Source of the DNA: Candidatus Sericytochromatia bacterium
GTDB taxonomy: Bacteria; Cyanobacteriota; Sericytochromatia; S15B-MN24; VGJW01
Direction: 5' to 3'
NCBI GenBank assembly: GCA_035285865.1
Contig: JAYKHS010000007.1
Span: 83,508-147,507 of the forward strand
DNA: 64,000 bases
A model generated the notes under the pieces. That model was not told the origin of the DNA and ran no database searches. It saw only the letters and a program-made list of their open reading frames with translations. Positions 9,597-19,091 of the stretch are shown here, piece by piece (positions within the stretch are counted from its first letter, which is position 1; each line of letters begins with the position of its first letter). The translations under genes were made by a program, and so were the position numbers.

Positions 9597-10847
9597 TCAG
9601 GGAAGGGCTCCCCGAAGCACCCGCGGATAGGGCCCCCCGGGCCCGGTCCAGGCGCGCACGTCCTCGCGCTGGGCCAATCGCGCCGCCACGACGAGCGTGC
9701 CATCCGTCTGGACGACCACCCAGCGCTCGCCGACCTCCCGCGCGAGCAGCCACGAGCGGCCACTGACCGCCACGACATCCGGGGCATCCACCGCAGTAGC
9801 CAGATCATCCAGCCGGACACCGGGGGCCTCCATGCGAATGCGCCGCCAGCCATAGCCCCCGCCCGACGCAGACGGTGCCACGCCCAGCCTCAGGACCAGC
9901 AAGTCGCCGATACCTGCGAACCCCGGGCGCATCGCGGCGACGTAGCGATCTCCGGCGGGCAGCGCCGGCAGCATGGCGACAGGCGGCGGGGCGGACGGGG
10001 TCGGGGCCGCCACCGATCGAGGCTGGACGGTCGGACGCGGCAGGCGCGCCTTCCGTGCGGAACCGGAGAGGGAAATGTAGGCAATCTCGCCGGGAGCGGG
10101 CGAGGCCGTGGGCCGGGGCCTGGGCGAGGCCAGCGGTCGCGGTGGGGCAGGCGAGGCCACGGCCGTCGGCACGGGGCGGGGTGCGGGCGTTGCCGTCGGT
10201 CTGACGACAGGTGGACGAGGGACTGCAGTGGCAGCCGGGGCAGGGGTACGCGGGACAGCCGCCACGAGCGGCGTCGCGGAGCGGGCCAAGACCGCACCGG
10301 AACCGGTGGCAGCCGCCTGGCCCGACGATGCGGGGCCCGTTGCTGACCGAGCCGGACGCGCCGGCAGGGGCGGAACCAACGCTCCTGTCCGCTCGAAGGC
10401 CACCTGCGTCGCCTCGGAGCCCGGCGCATCCAGGAGAATGGCCGCCTGCCGGTACGGACTGCGCGCCTCGCCAATCACGAGCAAGCCGGGCCTCGTGCCC
10501 TTGGGCAGGAAGAATGAGACCTCCCACGACCCCGTCGCGAGGGGTGACAACTGTCGGAAGTCGGTCGAGGGCGCCTGACGATTGCGGGGGGGCAAATAGG
10601 TATACGTCTGGGGGTCCCGCTCCTCCGGTGCGTGATGCACGAACAGCCTGTCGCCTTCCGAAAGGTTTTCGACCTCGAGCCTTACGACGAGCCGATCTCC
10701 TTCTCGGGTCATCTCGATCAGAGTCGCGCCGACGGCATCGTTGCCGAACGAACGCCAGACACCGGCGGCCCAAGCGGGAGCCGCGACCAGGGCAGGAAGC
10801 AGCAGCCCGATCGCGAGGCCCCGTCGACGCCACGCCATGCCACGCAT
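9597..10847 (-). CDS. Hypothetical secreted protein with long Pro/Ala/Thr linker
   Basis: Signal peptide ending APAWA; two globular regions joined by a low-complexity linker; start uncertain (10838/10847/10889). Confidence 0.55.
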   Translation of the reverse strand: MRGMAWRRRGLAIGLLLPALVAAPAWAAGVWRSFGNDAVGATLIEMTREGDRLVVRLEVENLSEGDRLFVHHAPEERDPQTYTYLPPRNRQAPSTDFRQLSPLATGSWEVSFFLPKGTRPGLLVIGEARSPYRQAAILLDAPGSEATQVAFERTGALVPPLPARPARSATGPASSGQAAATGSGAVLARSATPLVAAVPRTPAPAATAVPRPPVVRPTATPAPRPVPTAVASPAPPRPLASPRPRPTASPAPGEIAYISLSGSARKARLPRPTVQPRSVAAPTPSAPPPVAMLPALPAGDRYVAAMRPGFAGIGDLLVLRLGVAPSASGGGYGWRRIRMEAPGVRLDDLATAVDAPDVVAVSGRSWLLAREVGERWVVVQTDGTLVVAARLAQREDVRAWTGPGGPYPRVLRGALP

Positions 10848-10942
10848 CCTGACATGCCCACGACCCCGGACGCCGTGACGACGGTCCATGTCGTGCAGGC
10901 ACCCCTTCCAACGGCTACGCCTCGGCCCCTACAATACCGGAC

Positions 10943-11725
10943 ATGGACGAGACCCTCTCCGTCGCCCTCGCCGCCGCGAATGCAGCAGGGGCCTTGCACC
11001 TCGAGGGCCTTGGCCGGGTCCGGCAGGTCCGCACCAAGGCCCATAACGATCTGGTCACGGATGTGGATGTCGCGGCCGAGGCCGCCATCAAGGCCATCAT
11101 CCGCGAGGCCTTCCCGGACCACGCCATCGTCGGCGAGGAGAGCGGCGGCACTCTCGTGGACGGTCCCTGCTGGGTCATCGACCCGCTCGACGGCACGACC
11201 AACTACGCGCACGGCTTCCCGTTCTTTGCCGTGTCGATCGCCCTGTGCAAGGACCGGCAACCGGTGCTGGGCGTCATCCACCAGGCGACCAGCACCGAGA
11301 CCTTCTGGGCCCTTTCTGGCCGCGGGGCCTTCCTGAACGGCCAGCCCATCCGCGTCAGCACGGTGCCCGAGCCGTCGGGGGCCCTCGTCGCGACGGGCTT
11401 CGCTCCAGACGTGGGGCGCGACCCCAAGAACACCGCCGAGTTCCTCGCGGCCCTGAAACAGGTCCAGGCCGTCCGGCGTCCCGGATCGGCCGCGATTGAC
11501 CTCGCGGCCGTCGCCTGCGGGCGCTTCGATGCCTTCTGGGAATACGGCCTCGCAGCGTGGGACGTGGCAGCCGGCGCCCTGCTCGTCACCGAGGCCGGCG
11601 GACTCGTCACGGCCGTCGATGGTGGCCCCTTTGCCCTCGACGCCCGCACGATCCTCGCCAGCAACGGCCTGCTCCACGAGACCTTCCGCGAGGTTCTGGC
11701 AGGCAGGACCGAGGCGCGCCCTTGA
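10943..11725 (+). CDS. suhB: Inositol monophosphatase family protein
   Basis: DLVTDVD, GEE, WVIDPLDGTTNY, GSAAIDL, WDVAAG. Confidence 0.9.
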   Translation: MDETLSVALAAANAAGALHLEGLGRVRQVRTKAHNDLVTDVDVAAEAAIKAIIREAFPDHAIVGEESGGTLVDGPCWVIDPLDGTTNYAHGFPFFAVSIALCKDRQPVLGVIHQATSTETFWALSGRGAFLNGQPIRVSTVPEPSGALVATGFAPDVGRDPKNTAEFLAALKQVQAVRRPGSAAIDLAAVACGRFDAFWEYGLAAWDVAAGALLVTEAGGLVTAVDGGPFALDARTILASNGLLHETFREVLAGRTEARP

Positions 11726-11736
11726 AGAGCCGATCG

Positions 11737-13908
11737 ATGAAGAGGCGCAAACCCGTCGACCGAAAGTCCCGGGCCTTTCCCGTGGGCTGGGTGGCCGGTC
11801 TGCTGATCGTCGCGGGTCTCGGCGCGGGCGCAGCGACCTTGCGAGCGCAGGCGGGCACCGGCATCTCGGGCCATCCGGCATCCGCCGGGGCGACACCCGT
11901 GGTCCCGACCGACCCCGAGGATGCCTTGGTCGCCTTCCATGCCGCCCGACGCGACCTCACCGAGGGCGACCCGAGCGGGGGCGCTTCCGTGGCGGGCGCT
12001 TCCCCGGCACGCGTGCGCCTCGAAGGCCTTGCCGAACGGGCACCGGGTCGTGCCCGGACACTGGCGCGCATCCTGCTCTCGGACCTCGATCGACAGACCG
12101 GAACGGCCGGGGCCGCAAGGTGGCTGGAGCAAGCTTCCCGCGAGGGACCCGACCTCGAGGCCTGGTCTGCCGTCGTTGCCGGTGGCGCCACGCTCGAGGC
12201 CAAGGCGCGGAGCATCCCTGCGGATGATCCCCTCGCCACGCTGGTATGGCTCGAGGCTGCGCGGTCCCTCAAGACTGTACCTGCGGCCGACCGCCTCGGG
12301 TGGCTGAAGCGCGCCGCGGCGAGCGGTCCGGGTGATCTGGCGGGTGCCACGCTCGCCCTGCGGTTGGAACTCGGGGATCCGGACGCGCTGGATGAGGCCC
12401 TCGGCCGACGGGACCTCGCCAGCCAATGGGTGCCGAAACTGAGGGCGATGGCCCCCGCCAGCCGTTCCCCGGAGGCCCGCATGCGGGTAGCGGGTGCGCT
12501 CATGGATCAGGGCCAATACGGACCAGCGGCACGCTGGCTGGAAGGCCTGCCCGATGCCCTCGCCCGCTATCGACTCGCGCGGTGCGCCTGGAAGACCGGG
12601 GACCTCGCCCGTGCGCGCCGTGGCCTCGACGAAGCCCGGCGCCTCGACCCGTACCTCGCCCCCCGAGTCCGGATGACCGAGGCCGAAATCCGGGCCTCGG
12701 AAGGCAAGGGCGACGAAGCGGTCCGACTGGTCCGGGAACTGGCCCGGGGTTCGGGCAAGACCGCCCGGTACGCGCTGGTCTTCCTGCTGAAGGCGCATCT
12801 TCGGGCCGACCGGCTGGACGAGGCGGCGGCCGTCGACGCCGAGATGATCCGGCGATTCCCCGACGACGACGTGGCAGATGACGCCCGCTGGCGGTCGTTG
12901 TGGCGCGCCCACGACGCGGGACGAATCGCAGACGCCCGCCGCTGGGCCTCCGCGCTCGCGGCCCGGAGTGGCGGCTACCGTCCCCCTGCGACCTTCTGGC
13001 TGGGCCGCATGGCCGAGGACGCGGGAGACGCCGCCGCGGCGCGGCGCCACTACTCCGAGGTGGCCCGACTCACCCCGACCGGCTATTACGGCTGGAGGGG
13101 CCGCATGAGGGGCCTCGCGCTCGACGGCGGCACGGACCCCGGCTTCCGGATGCTGCCCGGAGACCTGCGCGAGCCGGCAGACCCTCTTTCTTCGTGGGTG
13201 CCTGCCACCGGATCGCTGCCCGCCCCATCCGGGCCGGATACCCGGGCACCTGCCGGCTGGGCGCCCGCCGTGCGCCTGCTCGCGGCGGCCGGCGTCTATC
13301 CCCCCGGCCTGCTGCCCGAGGGTCAGGCACGCATCGGCCTGGCCTATGCCCGTGGCCAGTGGGCCGAAGGGGCATCGTGGGCCAAGGACGACCCGGCGAG
13401 CGGCTTCCCGCTTGCCTACGCCGCACCGCTGTTCCGCGCCGCCGGCCGCGAAGGCCTGGACCCGCTGTACTTGCTGGCTTTGGTCAAGCAGGAGAGTGCC
13501 TTCGATCCGCTATCCCGCTCTTGGGTCGGGGCGATGGGCCTCGCGCAGCTCATGCCCTTTACCGCCGAGTGGGTCGGCAAGCAGTTGCCGGGACCACCGC
13601 GGCCGCTCACGGACCCGGACTGGAACCTGCAGCTGGGTGCCTGGTACCTGGCGCATGCCGGTCGGGAAATGACGGGGGACCGCATCCTGCAGACGGCCGC
13701 CTACAACGCCGGCATCGGAGCCGCCAAGCGCTGGCGCGGCATGCTGCCCAAGGATGCCGAGGTCCGCATCGAGCACATCCCCTACAAGGAGACCCGCCAC
13801 TACGTGAAAAAGGTCTTCGGGTACTACTGGACCTACGCAGCCCGGTACAGGATGCCCGACCTCGCTTCGTGGCCCCGCCAGGAAGGCACGTCCGAAGCCA
13901 GCCGCTGA
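11737..13908 (+). CDS. Soluble lytic murein transglycosylase with TPR repeats (Slt70-like)
   Basis: N-terminal TM segment, helical repeats, SLT motifs KQESAF, GAMGLAQLMPFTA, AAYNAG, ETRHYVKKV; alternative TTG start at 11722. Confidence 0.9.
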   Translation: MKRRKPVDRKSRAFPVGWVAGLLIVAGLGAGAATLRAQAGTGISGHPASAGATPVVPTDPEDALVAFHAARRDLTEGDPSGGASVAGASPARVRLEGLAERAPGRARTLARILLSDLDRQTGTAGAARWLEQASREGPDLEAWSAVVAGGATLEAKARSIPADDPLATLVWLEAARSLKTVPAADRLGWLKRAAASGPGDLAGATLALRLELGDPDALDEALGRRDLASQWVPKLRAMAPASRSPEARMRVAGALMDQGQYGPAARWLEGLPDALARYRLARCAWKTGDLARARRGLDEARRLDPYLAPRVRMTEAEIRASEGKGDEAVRLVRELARGSGKTARYALVFLLKAHLRADRLDEAAAVDAEMIRRFPDDDVADDARWRSLWRAHDAGRIADARRWASALAARSGGYRPPATFWLGRMAEDAGDAAAARRHYSEVARLTPTGYYGWRGRMRGLALDGGTDPGFRMLPGDLREPADPLSSWVPATGSLPAPSGPDTRAPAGWAPAVRLLAAAGVYPPGLLPEGQARIGLAYARGQWAEGASWAKDDPASGFPLAYAAPLFRAAGREGLDPLYLLALVKQESAFDPLSRSWVGAMGLAQLMPFTAEWVGKQLPGPPRPLTDPDWNLQLGAWYLAHAGREMTGDRILQTAAYNAGIGAAKRWRGMLPKDAEVRIEHIPYKETRHYVKKVFGYYWTYAARYRMPDLASWPRQEGTSEASR

Positions 13909-13921
13909 GCTTTCCGGACGG

Positions 13922-13950
13922 TTGCCCGCAAGCGCCGGAACCAGTATCCT
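13922..13950 (+). promoter_or_regulatory. Sigma70-type promoter for a leaderless transcript
   Basis: TTGCCC, 17 nt, TATCCT, then 6 nt to ATG 13957. Confidence 0.6.
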
Positions 13951-13956
13951 TGCGCC

Positions 13957-16860
13957 ATGTTGTCCGCTGCGACACGCGCCCGCCTCGGCGTTTCCGCGGG
14001 TCCCGACGTGGCCCGCCGCTGGGACCGTGCGCTTGCCGATCATCCCGCCCTCCTGGGGCGTATGACGACGGCCGAGCGCCTGTTCCTGTCTGAGAAGTTC
14101 GTCGCGGCTGCCCTCGAACTGTCGGACATCCCCGAGGCCGAGGTCGCCGACGCCTGGCTCGCGACCCCGGAAGTGGCCGCTTTGCAGCACCTGGTCTCGG
14201 ACTGGCGGGATCGCCTGCCCATCGACCACTTCCACCTCGCCGTCTCGACGTTGCAGTTCGCCGTCCGGACCCACGTCGCCGAGGATGCCGCGACCCAGCC
14301 CGAAGAGGCGCTCTCGCTCTACGAGGCCATCAACCGCATCCTCGATGCCGTCATGCGGGAGACAGCCCAGGAGTGGGCCTTCCAGCAATCCGAAATCCGC
14401 CGCCTGAAACTGGAACTCGAAGGCCTCTACCGTATCGCCGATGCCGCGACCGGCGACATCGAAGCCTCGGGCCTGCTCGAAGTGGTGGCCCGCGAGGTCG
14501 CCACGGCCCTCTCCGCCGATCTGGTCGCCATCCTCGTGCCCGACACGGACGACGAGGAACCGGACACGGCCAGCGTGACGACCCTCGCCATCCGCGCGAT
14601 GAAGGCACCCGAGGGCATGGATCGCCTGCTCGCCGGGATGACCTTCCGGCTGGCGGACGGTGGCGCTCTGGCCGAGGCGTGGAAGTCCGGCAACCTGGTC
14701 GTCAGCACGACACCGGCGACAGACCTCCATGTCACCCTGCGGCGACGCCAGACGCTGGAAACCTTGGGCTTCCATCACATGCTGGTGGCCCCCCTGCGCA
14801 TGCAGAACGAAGTGCTGGGCCTCGCCTTCGTGGCGAACAACGCACCCGAGCGCACCTTCGATTCCGAGGCACGGCACCTCATCGGCACCATGGGAGCCCA
14901 GGCTGCCTCCGCCATGCGCAACGTGTCGCTCATCGCCCGCAACCGCGCCCTGTCCCGCGACCTGGTCTTCGCGCTGTCGCAGGCGCTCGATGCCCGGGAC
15001 TCATACACGCACAACCACTCGGCCAACGTCGCGACGCTGGGCCGCCGCATCGCCGAGGAAATGGGCCTGTCCACGCAGGAGTGCGAGGACATCTACATCG
15101 CGGGCCTGTTGCATGACATCGGCAAGATCGGCATCGCGGACTCGGTGCTGCACAAGCCGGGTCCACTGAACCGTGCCGAGCGGCAGTTGATGATGCTGCA
15201 CCCCGTCAAGGGCGCGGACATCCTCGGGCCCGTCCGGGGCCTGGGCCACCTCGTGCCCTGCGTCCGCCACCACCACGAGCGCTGGGATGGCAACGGCTAT
15301 CCGGCCGGACTCAAGGGCGACGAGATTCCGCTGGGCGGGCGCATCCTCGCCATGGCCGACGCCTACGACGTCATGAACAACCACCGCGTCTATCGCCGCA
15401 GCAGGAGTCCCGAGGAGATCCTGCGCGAGATCAAGGCGATGAGCGGCAAGCAGTTCGACCCTCGTGTCGTCGAGGTCATGCTGCGGCTTGTCGAGCAGGA
15501 GGGCATCACCAACCTGACGCCGAACTCCGGGTCGGTCATGCCCGAGGAAGGCACCTACTACCCCGTCCGGGGCAACGAGATCGAGGGCGAGCATGACCTG
15601 TTGCCCGTCAACCGCCTGCTGGAGCAGATGACCCGCTTGGGCGCCCCGGACATCCGCCTCGAAAGCCGGGGCAACGCTGCCGACACGCCCGACGATCCGT
15701 GGCGAAGGGTGCCCCTGACGCTCGGGCGCGCCTCCATCGGCGAGATGTGCGTGCCCCGCCAATTGGACAGCGCGACCGTCGAGGAGCTGACGCATTCGGT
15801 GCAGGACCTGGTGGGTCGCCACGGCAGTCTCGAGACGCAGCTCCGGCAGTTCCGCGAGCTGGCGGCGGTCTCGGCGCGCATGAACTCGGCCAGCTCGGCC
15901 GAGCAGGTGCTGCAGTACGCCGTAGAAGCCGCCAAGAAGCTGGTTGGGGCCGACACCGCCGCCTTTTGGGAGGCGCGCGACGAGCACCACCTGCAGTGTG
16001 CGGCCGCCGTCGGCAAGAGTCGCTGGTCATGGCAGGGCACGGTGCCCCTCGGCCACGACGGGGGGATCGAGGCCTACGTCGCCTACCGCCGCATCACGAC
16101 GGCCGTCGTCGACTACCTGACGGAAGACCGCTTCAAGGTGCCGTCGTGGGTGCAGGAGGACGGCATTCGCTCCGCATTGGCCACCCCCGTCGAGCTGGGC
16201 CTTCGGCTCATCGGCATCCTGTCGGTCATGACCTACGAAGAGACGGCGTTCTCGAACGAGGAGATCGAGTTGCTGAACGCGCTGGGTCACGCGACGGCCT
16301 CAGCCTACGAGAACGCGAGGCTGCGCAACCAGGCCCGACATCTTGAAGCCAGCGACCCACTGACGGGCTGGCTGAACCACCGTGGCCTGCAGGAACGCCT
16401 CGCCCGAGAAGCAGCCCAGGCCTTGGACCGCAATGCCGTGCTCGCGTGCGTGCTCTTTGACGTCGACCACTTCGCGGGCCTGAATCTCCAGCACGGCTTT
16501 GCCGTCGGCGACGAGCTGCTGCGTCAGGTCACGGGCATCGCCGCGCACCACGCCCCGCCCAAGGCCGTGCTGGGCCGGGTCGGCGGTGTCGAGTTCGCCA
16601 TGGTGCTGCAGGGGGCCAATCGCTCCGAAGTCTTCGATGCAGCCGACAAGCTGGCGGATGCCTTCCGGCAGTCCATCGCCACCAGCCACTTCCCCGGACC
16701 GCAGTCGTCGGCCGTCCGGCTGACCATCTCGCTCGGCATCGCCGTATGGCCCGACTGCGGGGCAGACATCCAGTCCCTGCTGCTGGCTGCCCGTTCGGCC
16801 ATGCGCCAGGCCAAGGCCAGCGGCCGCAACCAGACAGCGCGCTGGCAACCCCGGAACTGA
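13957..16860 (+). CDS. GAF / HD-GYP / GAF / degenerate GGDEF c-di-GMP signalling protein
   Basis: LLHDIGKIG, HHHERWDGNGYP; two GAF-like regions; DPLTGWLN and RVGGVEF. Confidence 0.9.
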   Translation: MLSAATRARLGVSAGPDVARRWDRALADHPALLGRMTTAERLFLSEKFVAAALELSDIPEAEVADAWLATPEVAALQHLVSDWRDRLPIDHFHLAVSTLQFAVRTHVAEDAATQPEEALSLYEAINRILDAVMRETAQEWAFQQSEIRRLKLELEGLYRIADAATGDIEASGLLEVVAREVATALSADLVAILVPDTDDEEPDTASVTTLAIRAMKAPEGMDRLLAGMTFRLADGGALAEAWKSGNLVVSTTPATDLHVTLRRRQTLETLGFHHMLVAPLRMQNEVLGLAFVANNAPERTFDSEARHLIGTMGAQAASAMRNVSLIARNRALSRDLVFALSQALDARDSYTHNHSANVATLGRRIAEEMGLSTQECEDIYIAGLLHDIGKIGIADSVLHKPGPLNRAERQLMMLHPVKGADILGPVRGLGHLVPCVRHHHERWDGNGYPAGLKGDEIPLGGRILAMADAYDVMNNHRVYRRSRSPEEILREIKAMSGKQFDPRVVEVMLRLVEQEGITNLTPNSGSVMPEEGTYYPVRGNEIEGEHDLLPVNRLLEQMTRLGAPDIRLESRGNAADTPDDPWRRVPLTLGRASIGEMCVPRQLDSATVEELTHSVQDLVGRHGSLETQLRQFRELAAVSARMNSASSAEQVLQYAVEAAKKLVGADTAAFWEARDEHHLQCAAAVGKSRWSWQGTVPLGHDGGIEAYVAYRRITTAVVDYLTEDRFKVPSWVQEDGIRSALATPVELGLRLIGILSVMTYEETAFSNEEIELLNALGHATASAYENARLRNQARHLEASDPLTGWLNHRGLQERLAREAAQALDRNAVLACVLFDVDHFAGLNLQHGFAVGDELLRQVTGIAAHHAPPKAVLGRVGGVEFAMVLQGANRSEVFDAADKLADAFRQSIATSHFPGPQSSAVRLTISLGIAVWPDCGADIQSLLLAARSAMRQAKASGRNQTARWQPRN

Positions 16861-16867
16861 GGGCCTC

Positions 16868-17842
16868 ATGTCCATCCCGCAGGTCGATCTGCATCTCCAT
16901 CTGGACGGCGCTCTCCGGCCCGCAACCATCGTCGCGTTGGCGGAACCGCTGGGTCTCGACGGCGCGGCCATCCTTGACGGCCTTGCCGCCATCGGCGCCG
17001 GCAGGCTCGATGCCTACCTCGCCCACTTCGATGCGGTGCTGCCCCTGCTGCAGACCCCGGAAGCGCTCGCCCGCGTGGCGGAGGAAGCCGTCCTCGATGC
17101 CGCTGAACAGGGGCTGGGCCACGTCGAGATCCGCATCTGCCCCTGGCAACACCTGAAAGGCAACCTCACGCTGGAACGGGCAACCCGAGCCATCCTCGAA
17201 GGCCTCGATGCCGGCAGCCGCAAGTCGGGCATCCCGGCCCCGATGATCGTCTGCCTGCTCCACGGGATGTCCGAACAGGAGGCCGAGGATCTCGCGACGC
17301 TCGCGGTGCGCCTGCGTCCGGAAGGCGTTGCCGGCCTCGACCTCGCCGGGAACGAGGGCGGGGGCTTCCGCATCGAGTCGTTCCGCCGTGCCTTCTCCAT
17401 TGCCGCCGAGGGTGGCCTGCGCCGCACGGTGCACGCCGGCGAGGCGGGACCGGGCCTGCACGTCCGCCGCGCCATCCTCGAACTGGGCGCCGAGCGTATC
17501 GGCCACGGCACCGCCATTCTCGAGGACGAGGAGGCCATCGCGCTCGCCCGGGACCGGGGGGTGCTGCTCGAGTGCTGCCTGTCCAGCAACCTGCACACGG
17601 GTGCCATCGCCCGCCTCGAGGACCACCCCTTGCGCGCCATGATGGAGCGCGGCCTGAAAGTCTCCCTGAACACCGACAACCCGACCCTTTCACGCACCAC
17701 CCTGGCCCGCGAATGGGAGCTCGCACGCACCCACCTGGGCCTGACCGAAGACGAGGAAACCCGGATTCGGCAGTGGGCGTGGGACGCGCGCTTCCAGGCC
17801 GCGCCCCGCCTGCACCGGACCGGTCCCCTGAAGGAGGCCTGA
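16868..17842 (+). CDS. add: Adenosine deaminase family protein
   Basis: [34 protein letters not shown]. Confidence 0.9.
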   Translation: MSIPQVDLHLHLDGALRPATIVALAEPLGLDGAAILDGLAAIGAGRLDAYLAHFDAVLPLLQTPEALARVAEEAVLDAAEQGLGHVEIRICPWQHLKGNLTLERATRAILEGLDAGSRKSGIPAPMIVCLLHGMSEQEAEDLATLAVRLRPEGVAGLDLAGNEGGGFRIESFRRAFSIAAEGGLRRTVHAGEAGPGLHVRRAILELGAERIGHGTAILEDEEAIALARDRGVLLECCLSSNLHTGAIARLEDHPLRAMMERGLKVSLNTDNPTLSRTTLAREWELARTHLGLTEDEETRIRQWAWDARFQAAPRLHRTGPLKEA

Positions 17843-17844
17843 AG

Positions 17845-18264
17845 ATGGAACGGTTGATCCTGAGCGATGCGCAGTGGCGGGCCCGGCTGACACCCGAGCA
17901 GTACGACGTGCTGCGGCATGCCGGCACGGAACGCCCCCACACCGGCTGTTTCGTGGGCACCAAGACCCCCGGTACCTACGTCTGTGCCGGCTGCGGCAAT
18001 CCGTTGTTCCCGAGCGGCACCAAGTTCGAGTCCGGCACGGGCTGGCCGTCTTTCACCCAGCCGGTTTCGGATGATGCGCTCGCCACCGTCGAGGACCGCA
18101 GCCACGGGATGGTGCGCACCGAGGTGCGCTGTGCCCGCTGCGACGGCCATCTGGGCCATGTCTTCCCGGACGGTCCGCCGCCCACGGGCCTGCGCTACTG
18201 CATGAACTCGGTGGCGATGAATCACGTGCCCGAAGGCGCCCCGCTGACCCTGGCCCAGCCCTGA
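17845..18264 (+). CDS. msrB: Peptide-methionine (R)-S-oxide reductase
   Basis: [48 protein letters not shown]. Confidence 0.95.
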   Translation: MERLILSDAQWRARLTPEQYDVLRHAGTERPHTGCFVGTKTPGTYVCAGCGNPLFPSGTKFESGTGWPSFTQPVSDDALATVEDRSHGMVRTEVRCARCDGHLGHVFPDGPPPTGLRYCMNSVAMNHVPEGAPLTLAQP

Positions 18265-18287
18265 ACCACCCGGTCGAGATCCCGAAC

Positions 18288-19070
18288 ATGCTGCCAACCC
18301 GTCGCCTGCGCCTGCCGTCCTTCCTGCCCCTCGTGCTGCTTGCCGGGTGTACAGGGGCGGGTGGCGCGACGGTTTCGGCCCCGACGCCCGGACCCGCCGG
18401 TGAACTTGTCGTCGAGATCAGCAACTTCGCCTTCAAGCCCGAGTCCGTCACCCTTGCCGTCGGGCAGTCCGTCCGCTTCGTGAACAAGGACTTCATGGCG
18501 CATACCGTGACGCCGCTCGATGCTGCGGCGTTCCCGGCCGAGGATGACATCCGCCCGGGTCAGGAGCGTCTGGTCACGCCGAAACGCGCCGGGTCGTGGG
18601 CCTTCCGCTGCGACTATCACCCCTCGATGAAGGGTGGCCTGACGGTGACGGGGGATGCGGCACCTGCAGCTTCGCCGACCCAGGCGCCCCTGCAGACACC
18701 GACACCCCAGCCAACGGCCATGCCGAGTCCTGCCGGCAGTGTCACGCTTTCACCAGCCATCCCGCCGCCATCGCCCTCCCCCTCGCCGACGCCAATCCCG
18801 ACGGACTTCGTCGAGGTCAAGATCAGCGCCTTTGCCTTCGTGCCCGCAACCATCCTCGCGCGCCCCGGCCAGACGTTGCGCTTCACCAACGTCCACACCG
18901 GTGTCCCCCATACCGTGACATCGGTCGTGACGGGTTCCGAGGCACGGGTCTTCGATTCGGCGCGGCTCGAGACCGGACAGACCTACACCGTCTCGGTCCC
19001 GGCCACCGGCAGCTATCCGATCGTCTGCAACTTCCACCCGAGCATGACGGCGACGGTCAGGGTCGAGTAG
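18288..19070 (+). CDS. Lipoprotein with two cupredoxin (plastocyanin/amicyanin-like) domains
   Basis: Lipobox LAGC; AHTVT...CDYHPSM and PHTVT...CNFHPSM type-1 Cu sites; Pro-rich linker. Confidence 0.85.
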   Translation: MLPTRRLRLPSFLPLVLLAGCTGAGGATVSAPTPGPAGELVVEISNFAFKPESVTLAVGQSVRFVNKDFMAHTVTPLDAAAFPAEDDIRPGQERLVTPKRAGSWAFRCDYHPSMKGGLTVTGDAAPAASPTQAPLQTPTPQPTAMPSPAGSVTLSPAIPPPSPSPSPTPIPTDFVEVKISAFAFVPATILARPGQTLRFTNVHTGVPHTVTSVVTGSEARVFDSARLETGQTYTVSVPATGSYPIVCNFHPSMTATVRVE

Positions 19071-19091
19071 CACCGGAGCCTTCCCCTCGCC

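Noticed and set aside
17572..17844. N-terminal extensions given by the ORF track (msrB, queF, trmJ, SLH, DA1, slt)
   Set aside because: They overlap neighbouring genes; SD or -10 signals and family N-termini support later starts.
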